A stretch of DNA of 49,714 nt, taken from the NCBI GenBank assembly GCA_023645945.1, contig JALAIB010000016.1, positions 1 to 49,714 of the forward strand. Reading direction: 5' to 3'. Made by a program: the position numbers and the translations under genes. The notes beneath the pieces were generated by a model. The model was given only the letters and a program-made list of their open reading frames with translations, searched no databases and was not told where the DNA came from. Origin of the DNA: Diploschistes diacapsis. Its lineage: Eukaryota. Of the stretch, positions 25,046 to 37,510 are shown piece after piece (the first letter of the stretch is position 1; every line of letters begins with the position of its first letter).

Positions 25046-27232
25046 TTATCCACTTCCACCAGCAGCAACAGTCATCCTTTCCTCTTCTTCCCCCTCCTCC
25101 ACTGCCTGGTCTAGCACAGTGATTTCCGGCTCAAGGTTCTTTTCGCTCTCACCGCTTTCGAGCGCCGCTGCCGCCTTTTCTGCATCCAGCGCCATCCTCA
25201 CCTCACTAATTCTCCGTAGCTCTTCCTCCCGCCTACGAACAGCCTCCGCCTGCGCTATCTTCCACCGCTCCCATCCCGCCCTAGTCGCCTGCATCCGCCA
25301 CCACCCAGCCGCCACAGACGTAACGCGTATCCCTTGCATCCGACCCGAGTAATGCGGCACAGCCAAGTTACTACTCGCCCGTTGCGTCGCGGAGGACCGA
25401 CCCTGCGTGCCGGCCGTGACAAGCCCCCCCTTGTTTATCCGATCCGCGGCCTCCACCATGGCTGCCGCTTCGCCTTGCCCTGCCCGTTCGGCCCTCGGCC
25501 ACGCTAAGCTTGTCTCCGTCCCCGTCCCTCTCTCCGGCCCTGGCCTCAGCCGCTTCTCGGGCGCTGTGTGCAGCGGCATCTGCCACGTCTTCTCCCGCCG
25601 CCGCACCTTGCCTGCGTCGCGTAGGACCGCTGCGGTTCGTGCGTCGGCCGTCAGGCCGCGGGCGGTCATTTCCTCGACGAGGTCGGCGCAGCCGTGGAGG
25701 TCTCTGTACTGCGTCCATTTGAGGTAGAGGATCTCGTTGTACAGAGCGGTCGAGGCGCCAAGCACGTAGGATATCGCGCCGAGGGACTTGATTGTTGGGA
25801 GGAGGGCGAGAGCGTAGGGGGACCGTGGGAAAATGGTGCGGAAGAGGCGAGCGGCGTAGAGGAGGGCGGGGCCGTAGATGGGGACTAAGAGTTGGAGTGG
25901 ATGCAAAGAAGGAGAGGCGGAGCTGAGGGCTGGAACAGTCGTCAGTGATGAGGGAAAGGTTTGTTGCCCGGATTGAGCTGGGTCGGTGAAGGGTTTCTGA
26001 GTTGAAGGTTGGTCGGATGTTAGGGACTCAGAAGATGGTTGTCCTGAATGGGACTCCTCCGATGTGCGCGTCTCAGATAAGGAAGGCTCAGCTACGTGAG
26101 TTTTGCCTTTTCCTGAACGTTCTCTCCTTTTTTGTGATGAATCTTCCTGGTCTTTTAAATCAGCAGCCTTTGGTTTCTCACATTTCTTTTCTACATCTCT
26201 TACTTCTTTCTTCCGTTTGGGAGCAGACTCTGCAGCGGTAGCAGCCGCAGCAGCTTCTTCCTGCGCTTTCGTCTCCTTCTCAAGATATTCGTTCACCTCG
26301 CGCATCTTGCTGAAGACTTCTAGATCCAGAAGACGCCACATGCCGGAGTCGGTTACAGTCCTTGCAAAGAGGCCTTCAAGGCGTCGCGTGCTATCGCGCG
26401 TGGCTGCTGCAATCGCCATCTCTTGCTCGGAGGCCGGTCGGCTCTGCGCAACTACTGTAGCGGGTTCATCCAGAGTAGAAGGTGAAGCTGCATCTCTCGA
26501 AAGCTTTGCGTGCTTTACCGCGAAGAAATGGGGAGCAGAGTGATTTGAGCTCGACCCAGTCTCCTGGTTCGAAGCGAGCCCTGTCTTCCTGCGCGTGTGC
26601 ACGTTACCAAAGGTCCTCTCCTTGTGTAGAGCCTCGTCGAATATTGCCTCGAGCGTCATATCTGCGGTTTTTCCTTCAGTTTCCGGGCCTGAAAACCCTT
26701 CCTGGCCATCAAGACTATATGCGGTCGGCTGGCTGACGGGCGCTTGCCCCGAGCCAAAAAGTCTCTTGAAAATCGAACGCTCTTTATCAGTCAGAGTGGA
26801 GGTATCCGGTGGTATGCTCGACGAGCTATCCTCGATGCCTTCGCGAGGACTATCCTGGGCAATGTTCGCGACATAACTCATCGTCTCCTCTGCCTCTTCG
26901 CGCCCCTCGGCAGGTTGTGAATGATGCGAGCTTTGATTCAAAGGGTGGCCTTGGTCTTGAGTTCCAAGTCTTCGAAAGGTATGCCTTTGAGCAGACTCGG
27001 GCTGATCTGGACTTCGATTCAAGGGGAAATCTCGATCTAGCTTTCCAGCTCTTTGAGTAATGGTAACGCTTTTCCTGCCGACAGTTTTGAAGCCGGCGGC
27101 GAAGTGTTTCGACCTCGGCCATGCTGCAGCTCTTAGAGCCGCTGTCTGGTAGAGGAAAGGGCAGAAGGTAAGGTGTAGATGGGGTCTTATTATGTGTTCG
27201 GGACATTCGAGCAGTTGAAGACTGCGTGACAT
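25046..27232 (-). CDS. Mtf2/Nam1-family mitochondrial protein (putative)
   Basis: N-terminal FCPFLYQT and STLTDKERSIFKRLF. C-terminal YGPALLYAARLFRTIFPRSPYALALLPTIKSLGAISYVLGASTALYNEILYLKW resembles the Mtf2 C-terminal domain. Long intronless ORF. Confidence 0.7.
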   Translation of the reverse strand: MSRSLQLLECPEHIIRPHLHLTFCPFLYQTAALRAAAWPRSKHFAAGFKTVGRKSVTITQRAGKLDRDFPLNRSPDQPESAQRHTFRRLGTQDQGHPLNQSSHHSQPAEGREEAEETMSYVANIAQDSPREGIEDSSSSIPPDTSTLTDKERSIFKRLFGSGQAPVSQPTAYSLDGQEGFSGPETEGKTADMTLEAIFDEALHKERTFGNVHTRRKTGLASNQETGSSSNHSAPHFFAVKHAKLSRDAASPSTLDEPATVVAQSRPASEQEMAIAAATRDSTRRLEGLFARTVTDSGMWRLLDLEVFSKMREVNEYLEKETKAQEEAAAAATAAESAPKRKKEVRDVEKKCEKPKAADLKDQEDSSQKRRERSGKGKTHVAEPSLSETRTSEESHSGQPSSESLTSDQPSTQKPFTDPAQSGQQTFPSSLTTVPALSSASPSLHPLQLLVPIYGPALLYAARLFRTIFPRSPYALALLPTIKSLGAISYVLGASTALYNEILYLKWTQYRDLHGCADLVEEMTARGLTADARTAAVLRDAGKVRRREKTWQMPLHTAPEKRLRPGPERGTGTETSLAWPRAERAGQGEAAAMVEAADRINKGGLVTAGTQGRSSATQRASSNLAVPHYSGRMQGIRVTSVAAGWWRMQATRAGWERWKIAQAEAVRRREEELRRISEVRMALDAEKAAAALESGESEKNLEPEITVLDQAVEEGEEEERMTVAAGGSG

Positions 27233-27553
27233 GCTTGTACAATCACAATAGCTATGTGAGTTGACATCGAACCGTGATAATATCCAGATTCGGCGAATGC
27301 CAACCAATCATATCACTTTCGGCAAAGCCAGCCGCCCGTTTACTAGCCCGACCTTTACTCTCCATTACGACTTGTAGTATAGTATGACGAGGGTTGGAAA
27401 GAATAGCAAATAGAATTGAACATGGATTAATGCGGAAACATACTAGATACCCTGGGTATCTCTTATCATTAATACTATAGACATCGACGCTATGCATGTC
27501 CCGCTCCAAAAGTAAAAACGCAACCGTGGTATCTCTAACAAACTCCTTAAGCC

Positions 27554-28561
27554 TTATGTTAGGCTTGTCCAATTCAAATTATCAATCTTGCGCTCCTTCG
27601 TCTCTCTACTGACCTCTCGCGCCGCTTGAAGTTCCCCGAGCGCCATGTAACGCATGATAACCGTATCTTTTGCGCCGAACAGTGCCTTGCCCTTGCCATC
27701 TAGTAGATGTTGCTGGAACCAAGATTGTTCTTCCTGGTCAAATGGAAGGCCAATGAGCTCAATTGCTCGGTCTGAGCGCTGCTTTCCACTAGAAGAACCT
27801 AAAATGAAAGAGAGCATCTGCTCGAACAGGCGACGATGGTTCTGAATACCTTGGCTCCTGGCGAAGTGGAATGCTTCTGTTATACTAGACTGGCATACGC
27901 ATTGAAAATATGCATCCAGAACCTTGGACGTGTGGATCGGTGGTGACACGGTGTGGTAGTACTGCAATGGAATCGTATGGTCATGTTGACAATGTCGCGA
28001 AAGCGTGTACAATATCTCCTCTGGAAATGTAGGAATGAGACAGGGTTCGGTCAAGTAGTTGAGTGCCTCCTAGATCTTGTCAACTCTGATTTAAATATAA
28101 GCATCCAGCAGCCTGCCGACCTCTAGCACTAAACGGTCAAGATACCATATTCCATCAATAAATATTCTGTACCTTTCTGGGAGATATACTCTTGTAGCAA
28201 AGGTTTCCGGATCCCGGTTTCTTAATTTAAGGTCTTTGAGGATATAGTACACAAGGGAGTGTTTGTGATGATTTTGCGCCGGTGCACTAGTGATGCTATC
28301 ATAGAGAATACGCAGATCCTCGTTGGATTTTGGTGGATACAGTTGCGAAGCTGAAAGTCGTTTAGTTTGTTGAATACAAGGCCTTTGCTCGTACACACCG
28401 TCCTTAATTCCCAAGGCACCGAGTAGCCGATCGAAGAATAAGATGCTTTCGAGAAGACGGCGATTCTTCAAAAGCTTCTCGATCGTTTTATGATCGTAAG
28501 CAAGGTCGATATCCCCGCCGAAGACGACACTGAATTCCTCGAACTCCTCCATATCTTGCAT
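27554..28561 (-). CDS. ELYS-domain nuclear pore assembly protein (2 introns)
   Basis: LFFDRLLGALGI|..LYPPKSNEDLRILY..HHKHSLVYYILKD..FIDGIWYLDR..|EALNYLTEPCLIPTFPEEIL..YYHTVSPP..SITEAFHFAR..ELIGLPFDQEEQSWF. Confidence 0.8.
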
Positions 28562-28837
28562 ACACGTAGGAATATAAGCTCATCGGTGCTTTCACAACAC
28601 TGTTGAAACGTATCGAAGGTCCAGGCAGAGGTCCGCAGGACTATCAACAGAATAGTATGTACTTTGTGGTAGGGCTTGGCGTGACGGAAATATTCCGTTG
28701 TTGTTTTATTGTTTACTTCATAGGGCTGAAAATAAATAAACGGCGGGGCATCCTTTAAACCTTGATGCATCGAAAGCGTTTACGACCAGAAGCTGCAGCT
28801 AAGCCCGAATATCCTTTGGAAGAAGTTGAGGTCCATC

Positions 28838-31800
28838 ATGTCTACAGCAGCAAATACGCGACCTACGCGCAGGACGCGAAAAAAGATCGTCTTTGATGAA
28901 CCCGAGGAGGAAGAGGCTGCGCCTGCGAAGCAGACAGTGGACGATAATACAGGCTTCACCCCGGCCCCGGCGCGAAGCCCACAGAAGTCGTCCAGACGAA
29001 AGACCGTCGATGCTTCACCATCAAAAACAGCGGTGCGAAGAAGACGGACTACCGCGAATACGGAGAACGTTGAACCTTCCGAGGTCTTTGACGCCGATGT
29101 GACGATGCCACCAACCCCAGCTTCGCCGACAAGAAGAGGCTCCCCAGGGAAAAGAAAGAGTGCGCCAACAACCAAAGCTCCGCGAGAATCCGTCCTATCC
29201 GAGGCTCCTCCGCCTCTGCCTACACCTCAGCCATCAGTTACACCGGAGCTCACGCAGGCGCATGCGGAACCTCTGGCTGACATAACGAATATCACAATCA
29301 ACGAGAAAACCCCTAAAAAATCGCACGATGGTCAGATAGAGGTTGCGAAAGTCAATCCTATGAGCACCATTCTCGAGAAGCCCATGGATATAGTCGTCCG
29401 GACGCGAGCCCTGGGCGTGCCAAAGACTGTAGAGCCTGTGGGCAACGAGCAGAGAACAGTCATCAGGAACCTTGTTTTGATCAACTTCAAGAGTTACGCA
29501 GGTAGACAAGAAGTGGGCCCATTTCACACATCGTTTTCTTCAGTTGTTGGACCTAACGGATCCGGAAAGTCGAATGTCATTGACTCGCTCCTGTTCGTGT
29601 TTGGATTTCGCGCAAGCAAGATGAGACAGGGGAAGATTTCTGCTCTGATTCATAATTCTGCGAACTTTCTCGACCTCAATTATTGCGAAGTTGAAGTCCA
29701 CTTTGAGGAGATCATTGACCTGCCGAACGGCAAGCACGAGACCGTTCCGGACTCGCAGCTTGTAATTTCGAGAAAAGCTTTTAAGAACAATTCAAGCAAA
29801 TACTATCTAAACGGGCGCGAATCGAACTTCACTGCCGTCACTACCCTACTTAGGGATCGAGGCGTGGACCTGGATCACAAGCGGTTCCTAATTCTACAGG
29901 GCGAGGTCGAGTCAATTGCTCAGATGAAACCGAAAGCTGGCAATGAGCACGAGGATGGACTTCTAGAGTACCTTGAGGATATTATTGGGACTTCAAAGTA
30001 CAAAACGCCAATCGAAGAGTCTGCTACAGAAGTAGAAGCGCTTAACGAAGTGTGTGTGGAGAAAAGCGCCCGGGTCAAACATGTGGAGAAAGAGAAGAAC
30101 AGCTTGGAAGACAAGAAGGACAAAGCTCTTGCATATGTGAGGGACGAGAATGAGCTCGCATACAAGCAATCAAGTTTGTACCAGATTTTCGTTCAAGAAT
30201 GCAACGACAACCTCAAGGTGACGGAAGAAGCCATCACTCAGATGCAGTCAAAGCTAGATGAGGAGCTTGGCAAGCATAAAGGCAATGAGGATGACATTAA
30301 GAAACTGGAAAAAGCCTATGGCAAGGGACAAAAGGAGTATGACGCCTTAGAGAAAGACACCCAAGTAATCTTAAAGGAGATGGCAAAACTCGAAAAAGAG
30401 AAAGTCAAGTTCGAGGAGAAAAGGAAGTTTCTTGCTGGAAAGCAGAAGAAGCTTGAGAAGGCCCTTAATACGAGCCGCCTCGCTGCCTCCGAGGCTTCGA
30501 GTTCGGTCCAGAAATACATTGACGACATAGAACGAAACGAAGCTGAGATCTCTATACTTGAAGATTCAATGAAAGCCGAAGCTGAAGAACTTACGTCAAT
30601 TCGAGAAAGCTTGAAAGGCAAGACGCAAGGTCTCTCGGACGACATCGCGGTCAAGCAAAAGCAACTCGAGCCATGGAATGAAAAGATCAGTCACAAGCAG
30701 TCTGCAATTGCTGTTGCCCAGAGTGAGCTTGACATGCTCCGAGAGAAAGCTTCGGCTGGTGCTGTTGCCATTGATGATGTTCAGACAAAGATCAGTTCAT
30801 TAGAAGAGGCTCGACAGGCTAAGCTTCAAGAGTTTGAGAATGTAAAGAATCAAAGGGCTGAGCTCGAAAAAGAGGCCAAGAAAACTCAGCAGGACCTGAC
30901 GAAATTGGCGCAGAAGGAGCCAGATTTAAGATCGCAACTTTCAAATTTGCGACAGAAGGCTGATGAAGCACGCGCGAGTTTATCCAACACTCAGAGCCTA
31001 GGTAATGTCCTCAATGGTCTAATGCGACTCAAAGAATCCGGACGCATCGAAAGCTTTCACGGTCGATTAGGCAACCTAGCCACCATCGATCAAAAGTACG
31101 ACGTAGCCATTTCGACAGCGTGTCCTTCACTAGAAAATCTGGTAGTCGATACTGTCGAGGTCGGCCAGCAGTGCATAGACTATCTCAGGAAGAACAACCT
31201 AGGTCGGGCCAACTTCATCCTCCTTGATCGGCTAGCGAAGCGTGATATGTCCCCTCTTGACACACCCGAGAATGTCCCGCGCCTCTTCGACCTGGTCAAG
31301 CCGAAACATGAGATGTTCAAACCGGCATTCTATAGCGTACTTCAAAATACGGTGGTAGCTAAGGACCTTGAACAAGCGAATCGTATCGCGTATGGTGCGA
31401 GACGGTGGAGAGTCGTTACTCTGGATGGTCAGCTCATTGACGTATCTGGTACAATGAGTGGTGGGGGTACTAGAGTTGCGAGAGGAGGTATGTCTTCGAA
31501 ATTGGTGGTTGAGACGACCAAAGAGCAGGTGGCCAAGCTCGAGGTCGACCGGGATGCTCTGGAGCAGCAGTTTCAGGAGTTCCAAGGCAAGCAACGTGAG
31601 CTTGAAACGCGGTACAAGCAACTGCAGAGTAATCTACCTGAAATCGAAACACGGATGCAAAAGATTAATCTGGAGGTTGAAAGCTCGAATCGAAACATCT
31701 CTGACGCCGAGCGCAGAATCGTCGAATTGACAACCGAGCAACAGTCGTCGAAAACTGACGACGCACAGATCTCGAAACTCGAAAAGCAGATCGCTCAGCT

Positions 31801-33182
31801 TGAGAAGGAGCTAGCAAAGCTCCATACTCAGAGTGCCGGTCTTGAGGCTGAAATCAAGGAGCTCCAGGACAAGATCATGGAGGTCGGCGGTATACGACTG
31901 CGCACGCAAAAGGCAAAGGTCGATGGGCTGAAGGAGCAGATTGACACCCTTACGGAAGAGACATCGAATGCGCAAGTAGCAAGGTCTAAAGCGTCAAAAG
32001 TCAAGGTCAAACACGAAGAGGCATACGCTCAGGCCGAGAGGGACATTGCAGGAGCGGCAGAAGAACTCGACCGGCTCAATGCGGAGGCGAACAACCAAAC
32101 AGCTGATGCAGATGGTTCCCAGCAAAGAGCCGAAGAAGCACAGTCCAAGCTGGAGGACAAGAAAGAAGAGCTTGGGGCCATGAAACAAGATCTCGAAGAA
32201 AAGACGGGACAGCTCAATGAAACCCGTGCCAGCGAAATCGAGATGAAAAACAAGCTTGAGGAGAATCAAAAGGTCTTTTCCGAAAACCAAAAGCGCCTTC
32301 GCTACTGGACTGAGAAATTGGGCAGGCTCATCATTCAATCTCTGACAGACCTGGGCGAAGAACAAGAAGCGCCTTCCCTCCCACAATACACCGAGGACGA
32401 GCTAGCGGACATGTCCAAGGACGCTCTCAAAGCTGAGATCGCCGCGCTCGAAGAGAAGACCGAAAAGGCCAACGTCGACCTCGGCGTCCTGGACGAGTAC
32501 AGGCGCCGCGTCGAAGAGCATACGTCCCGCAGCAGCGATCTGCAAACTGCCGTATCGTCGCGGGATACCGTCAAGAAAAGGTGCGACGACCTCCGCCGGC
32601 TGCGGCTCGAGGGCTTCATGGAAGGGTTCAGCATCATCTCGCTCCGGCTCAAGGAGATGTACCAGATGATCACCATGGGCGGCAACGCGGAGCTGGAGTT
32701 GGTGGATTCTCTCGACCCGTTCTCGGAGGGGATTCTGTTCTCGGTGATGCCGCCGAAGAAGAGCTGGAAGAACATCAGCAACTTGTCGGGCGGGGAGAAG
32801 ACGCTGAGCTCCTTGGCGCTCGTGTTTGCGCTGCATCATTACAAGCCCACGCCACTGTACGTGATGGATGAGATTGACGCTGCTCTGGATTTTAGGAACG
32901 TGAGTGTTCGACCTTTCGCGGAATCTGTGTTAGGCGCAGAGGCTCATTACCATTGCAGGTTTCAATCGTTGCGAGCTATATTCGGGAGCGAACAAAAAAC
33001 GCGCAGTTTATTGTCATTTCGCTGCGGAACAACATGTTCGAGCTCGCCTCGAGGCTTGTAGGTATCTACAAGGTCAACCATATGGTAAGCTGTTCCAACA
33101 CTATCCGAATGGGAAGGTGAACTAAACATTGCCACAGACTAAGAGTGTTACGATAGAAAATAAAGATTATATCCGCCAATAG
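28838..33182 (+). CDS. SMC4: Condensin subunit Smc4 (Cut3)
   Basis: NFKSYAG, Walker A VVGPNGSGKSN, RFLILQGEVESI, hinge HGRLGNL, coiled coils, LSGGEKTLSSLAL, Walker B YVMDEIDAALD. Introns 32900-32958 and 33085-33137; last exon TKSVTIENKDYIRQ*. Confidence 0.97.
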
Positions 33183-33762
33183 TACACGAATGACGAACTC
33201 AGGAATCTTGTAATGAGGAAGGAGAGTTGTGGGTTTGGAGGTCACGGTGCAGGTCATAGTGTCTAGCGTTTTGATCTGGATACTTGCGTGGCGTTGTTTT
33301 CTGGGTTGGCATCGGCCCCCCTTGAGCTGAAACATTGAATTTATTGTATGTATATAACTGGCGAAGTCGTGGCCGCTTCACTGTTGCATCTACTTGTCCT
33401 ACTTAGCTAGGCATGAGCCTCGACTGAACGTGTTAAGGACCAACACTAATAGGACCTCTTTCTCACAAGTACTTCTTCGTTCTGGTTTAGCATCATATAT
33501 GCATTGTCGCAATGTCGCAAGGCCATGAATCCATACAGTCCATGACCTTTTTTTTTGGCCATCTCAACCTGCAAAGCAGCGCATGAGACACAACTGAAAT
33601 CTTCCGAAGGCGTGGAAGAAGACAATAAAATTGAGCTTCACGCATATACCTTTGCTGACCTTGGGCAAACCAAAGTAGCAACCACAAGCTGCGCAGAAGC
33701 CAGACTGACAGTGTGTTTCACATCTTGTTGACGATATGAATCCTACAATCCCGACGACACCT

Positions 33763-35281
33763 TCAGGTGACCCTGTCCACCCGTAATAGTTCGGCAAAGT
33801 CATCCAATTCGATGACACGAAATGCAGCCCCCCATCGCGCAATCCAGGCTGGATTACGATAAGCAAAACTGATATTGGCTTTCCACGCGACGATTTCGAC
33901 ATTCCATCCTCTGCGGAGAGCCCGCTCGACGGACTTGAGGAAACCATCCGAGAATTCTCCCTGTGCTGCGTCTCCGCTAGCTAGGATGATCGTCGATGGC
34001 TCGTCGTTGTCTATGATACTGTTGCCAATGTGCAGTTGTAGAATTTCGTCTACAGCTTGCTCGCCCTTCCGTGTCGACCGCAAGGGTCTTGCTGAGTCGG
34101 AATCGCTCGGCATAGCTGGTGGTCCTTCCTTGTCGGGTTTCTCAACCCTGGCAAGGATATGGGTACCGTAGCCAATTGCTTTGGCTTCCTGTATCGAATC
34201 AAGGTTGTCAGACCCTGCAAGGAGTTTCTTTGCCACTGGTCGGCCTCTTTCGAGAATGAGCGACAACTTGTGAAAAGAGAGCGATTGCCGCGGGATACGA
34301 TGGTCTTTACGTAGCCCCATTCGGAGCTTCAGCTTATCGTGGAAACCAATAAGTATCTAAGTTAGGAATTGTCAGTCGAGTACGAGACGAGATGCTGCGT
34401 GTTGTACGAACATTTGATATATCTACAAAGACATGAATGCCTTGCTTGTATAGGGGTCCACCAGGAAGCTCTGAACAAGCTCTGAGCGATGAAACACTCT
34501 CCGGAAAGCGTTCGGAAAGCAAGACCAGTAAACTGATGATTTTTTGGACCGAGAGACTAATATCCGGCTTGTGAAGTACAGAGGGCTGATGACTAGCGAC
34601 TGAGCTCGGAATGAGGTTCAATCGAGCTTCTACAACTATAGCTCCCCTACAGTTAGGCGTAGAAGACTTCTCTGAACATTCTCGCATGATCTTGCGACGT
34701 TTCTCCTCGTCCAAGTTGGCTTTCTCCTTCAGATGGTCGGCGTAGGATCCTGAGAGTCTGGAGCTATCGTGCACCTCCAAGGTGGTCTTTACGGTTCCCT
34801 TCATAAATTTCCTAACGTTCCCTTTCTTATGGCCGCGAAACCTCACCTTATGAGAGGGTGTTGGGCCAGAGCGCTGCTTCATGAAGCCACCAATATCCTT
34901 TGAAACATTTGAAGCTAAGCAAGGCGCATCTCCTATGTCGGAGTCAAGAAGAGGTGAGCTCGAATGATTGGTCTCTGGAACAGTATAAGCCGAGAGATGC
35001 TGCGGGCCTGCGTCTGACTTGAGAAAATCCCATACGAGATCAAAGTTCCCAAGGATAGGAACTTCCGGCGCATCTTCGAGGGCATCATTCTTGCTTTCTC
35101 CACTTGGGTTTGCTTTGGACAGAGAGATGTCATCGGTTGAAACTTCTAATCGTGAGGCAGTGTCCGAGCTGCTTCGAGATACGCTAGCAATAGGTGCGCT
35201 TAATATCTCCAGAGCGGCGCTGAAATCCCAGGCTCTAGGAGAGGTTGCCATCGGACTTTTGACATCCACAGCCGGGACCAT
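33763..35281 (-). CDS. Fungal NYN/PIN (LabA-like) domain protein
   Basis: GIHVFVDISN|ILIGFHD..LILERGRPVAKKLLAGS..EQAVDEILQL..TIILASGDAAQGEFSDGFLKSVERALRRGWNVEIVAW matches the acidic PIN/NYN pattern. Intron ~34359-34410. Confidence 0.75.
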
Positions 35282-35814
35282 ATATGTCGCAAAGTACTCA
35301 ACGAGCTATTCTTACCCATTTATTTCTGACAGCAGAAGTGTACAGGCTGCATAGTGTAGCCCCAAACCAGGTATTCTGCACAAAAGCCAGTAGTCAAAGA
35401 CAGTTGTCGCTTGCAATGCGCGGAAGATGGGGGATTTTGAAGAGGAAATCAAAACAGCGAAGTAGCGAATGCAAGTACAACACGTAAGATCATTACTTGG
35501 TAAATTGAGTGATCAGAGAGAAAAATGGTAGAATTACGAGCGATGAAGTGCTGTCGTTAGTGTAGCATATCGAGGCACAATGAAATCATCAATTGCTGGG
35601 GCGAGATCTGTTGCACGTGCACAAGGCTAGATAGGTGTATTGTATTACTACCCGATTCAGCCCTACAGTGGGCAACCATTCAGGACCAAAGCACGCCTGC
35701 CATCCCTCAATCTTTCTCGCCTTTGTGCAGGATATGGGATTTATCTAACATTGGAACAAATCCGCTAGAAATACTAGTAGCAATTTCACTCCCCATTTCC
35801 GCCTCGGAATCGTG

Positions 35815-36869
35815 TCATGGCTTCTTCAGAGCTCGCATAGTCCATTCATAAACAGCCCACTTGCGCTCTCAGCAATCACCTCACCTGCCATGTTTCGGAG
35901 CGACACGTACCTGCACAGCGTTGACAATGAACGCTCGGACACTGCAAACACCCAGACCACGGAAAAAGCTGCCGAAGCCCTCTTGCCGGTATACTTGTCT
36001 GGCAACTTCGGCAGCGCTTACTTTCCTCTCGATTTTTCCTGCGAGCAAATGCTCTTCGGCCATATGGGAAAACGTCGCATCAAACATCTTCGGACTCTGT
36101 ATGCGAGTCTTAATAACATCCAAAGGGAATATCGAAGCCCACGTAACAACCCCTGCTATTCCACCCGCGAGCAGAATCTTCAAGTTCGCATTCCCTTGCT
36201 CTTCTTGATAACAGAATGCTCGCTTGCTTAGTTCGTATGCCCAAAAGCTTGTCCGATCAGTCAATGAGAGTGGCATAGTTTTATGGACAACTCTTGCGAG
36301 ACCTACTAGAAGCCATATCCGATCGAGTCACGCAGACTTGTCACCGTGCCCCCGCGATATAGCCCCGCAATACCCCTTTGCTTGTATATATCCCTGGTAA
36401 CCGACCATGAGTTTGAACCCTCTCCTGCCAGCTGGGCCTGGCATTTAATAAGCTCAGACGGTGCTGAGACAGCCCAAATGGCTAGACCTCCTGCTGCGCC
36501 TGCTGCCCAGATTTTCCAAGGCTCTGTGTGGGGTACATTTAACGGATCTTTGATTGCCGGATCAAATCCGAGGAGGACCCGATTATAGGAGACGAAGAGC
36601 AACGCGTTCAGTGCGCCGTAAGCTACCGCTGGAGCCGTAACTCCTATTTCCAATGTCTCAATACTTGCTTGACACGCTAGTCTGGTTCCGTTGCCATACT
36701 GACCTCTTACAAGCGAGGTAAGCCGTGAATGACCTGGGTCTGATGCAAGTAGACCTTTTGCAGAACCTTCCTGGCCCGCCTGCATTCGTACCTTGAGGAT
36801 GTCAAGAGGGTTGCCGATGACTATGCCGGCAAAGCCACTGGCCCATCCGGCGCAGAAATCCACAGACAT
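35815..36869 (-). CDS. Mitochondrial carrier (SLC25; acylcarnitine/basic amino acid-like), 3 introns
   Basis: Three PxD/ExxK motifs: GNPLDILKVRMQ, APSELIKCQAQ, FPLDVIKTRIQ. Also GLYRGGTVTSLRDSIGYGFY, RAFIVNAVQ|WAVYEW. Confidence 0.88.
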
Positions 36870-37510
36870 TCCTATCGAGAGTATCTGATTCCTGTACGCA
36901 TTGTTGCACCATCTGTAAAAGATCTTAGTGTTTCGGTGCCTAACACGCAAAAGGTCCCAGCTGTTGACAATAACAGAGGTCTTTCCACCTAACAAAGAAG
37001 CTAAGTTTCAAGCTCAAGAGAGTCTAACGAAACGTTACCAACCAAGTTTGTAAAAACTGAAAGGGGACGCTTGAAGCTGCTTGGAAGCATGCAATACTAG
37101 AAATCACTGCCTTAGAGCCTAGCCTTTCGCGGTGCTTGATTATGATTGTGTATTACGGTTTGACGAACCTTCTGTGTGGTATCAGGGGATAGAAATAGCG
37201 GCGAGCCAGGTATGTAGTGGGGGTAGAGGCATAACAGGTACCACACCTTCACGGCACATAGATTGATGCAAATTTGCAACTATGTGGTAACATGTAGTGC
37301 ATCTCGAGTTCTGATGAGCAACTATTGTAAAGGGCAAGTGAATCATACAAGCCGCTGAAGAGTGCTCATGCTTATTCTTGTCAATGTATCATTCTCAGCC
37401 TTGACCTTAGGGATGTCTGAGAACTCGAGCCCACCCTGTATTGTAGGCTGATATCTGTATAGCATGGTCGTAGTCTGATTCGCAAGTCATCTAGGAGACA
37501 TCGCTTCATC

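Noticed and set aside
5971..33000. Numerous short antisense or shifted ORFs within RAD54, SLD1, LPD1, Mtf2 and SMC4
   Set aside because: Shadow ORFs from codon bias in real genes, with no independent motifs.
33268..33295. TTGATCTGGATAC, resembling a TPP riboswitch core
   Set aside because: Lacks the TAATACCAGCG continuation and the upstream CTGAGA element, and there is no thiamine gene nearby.
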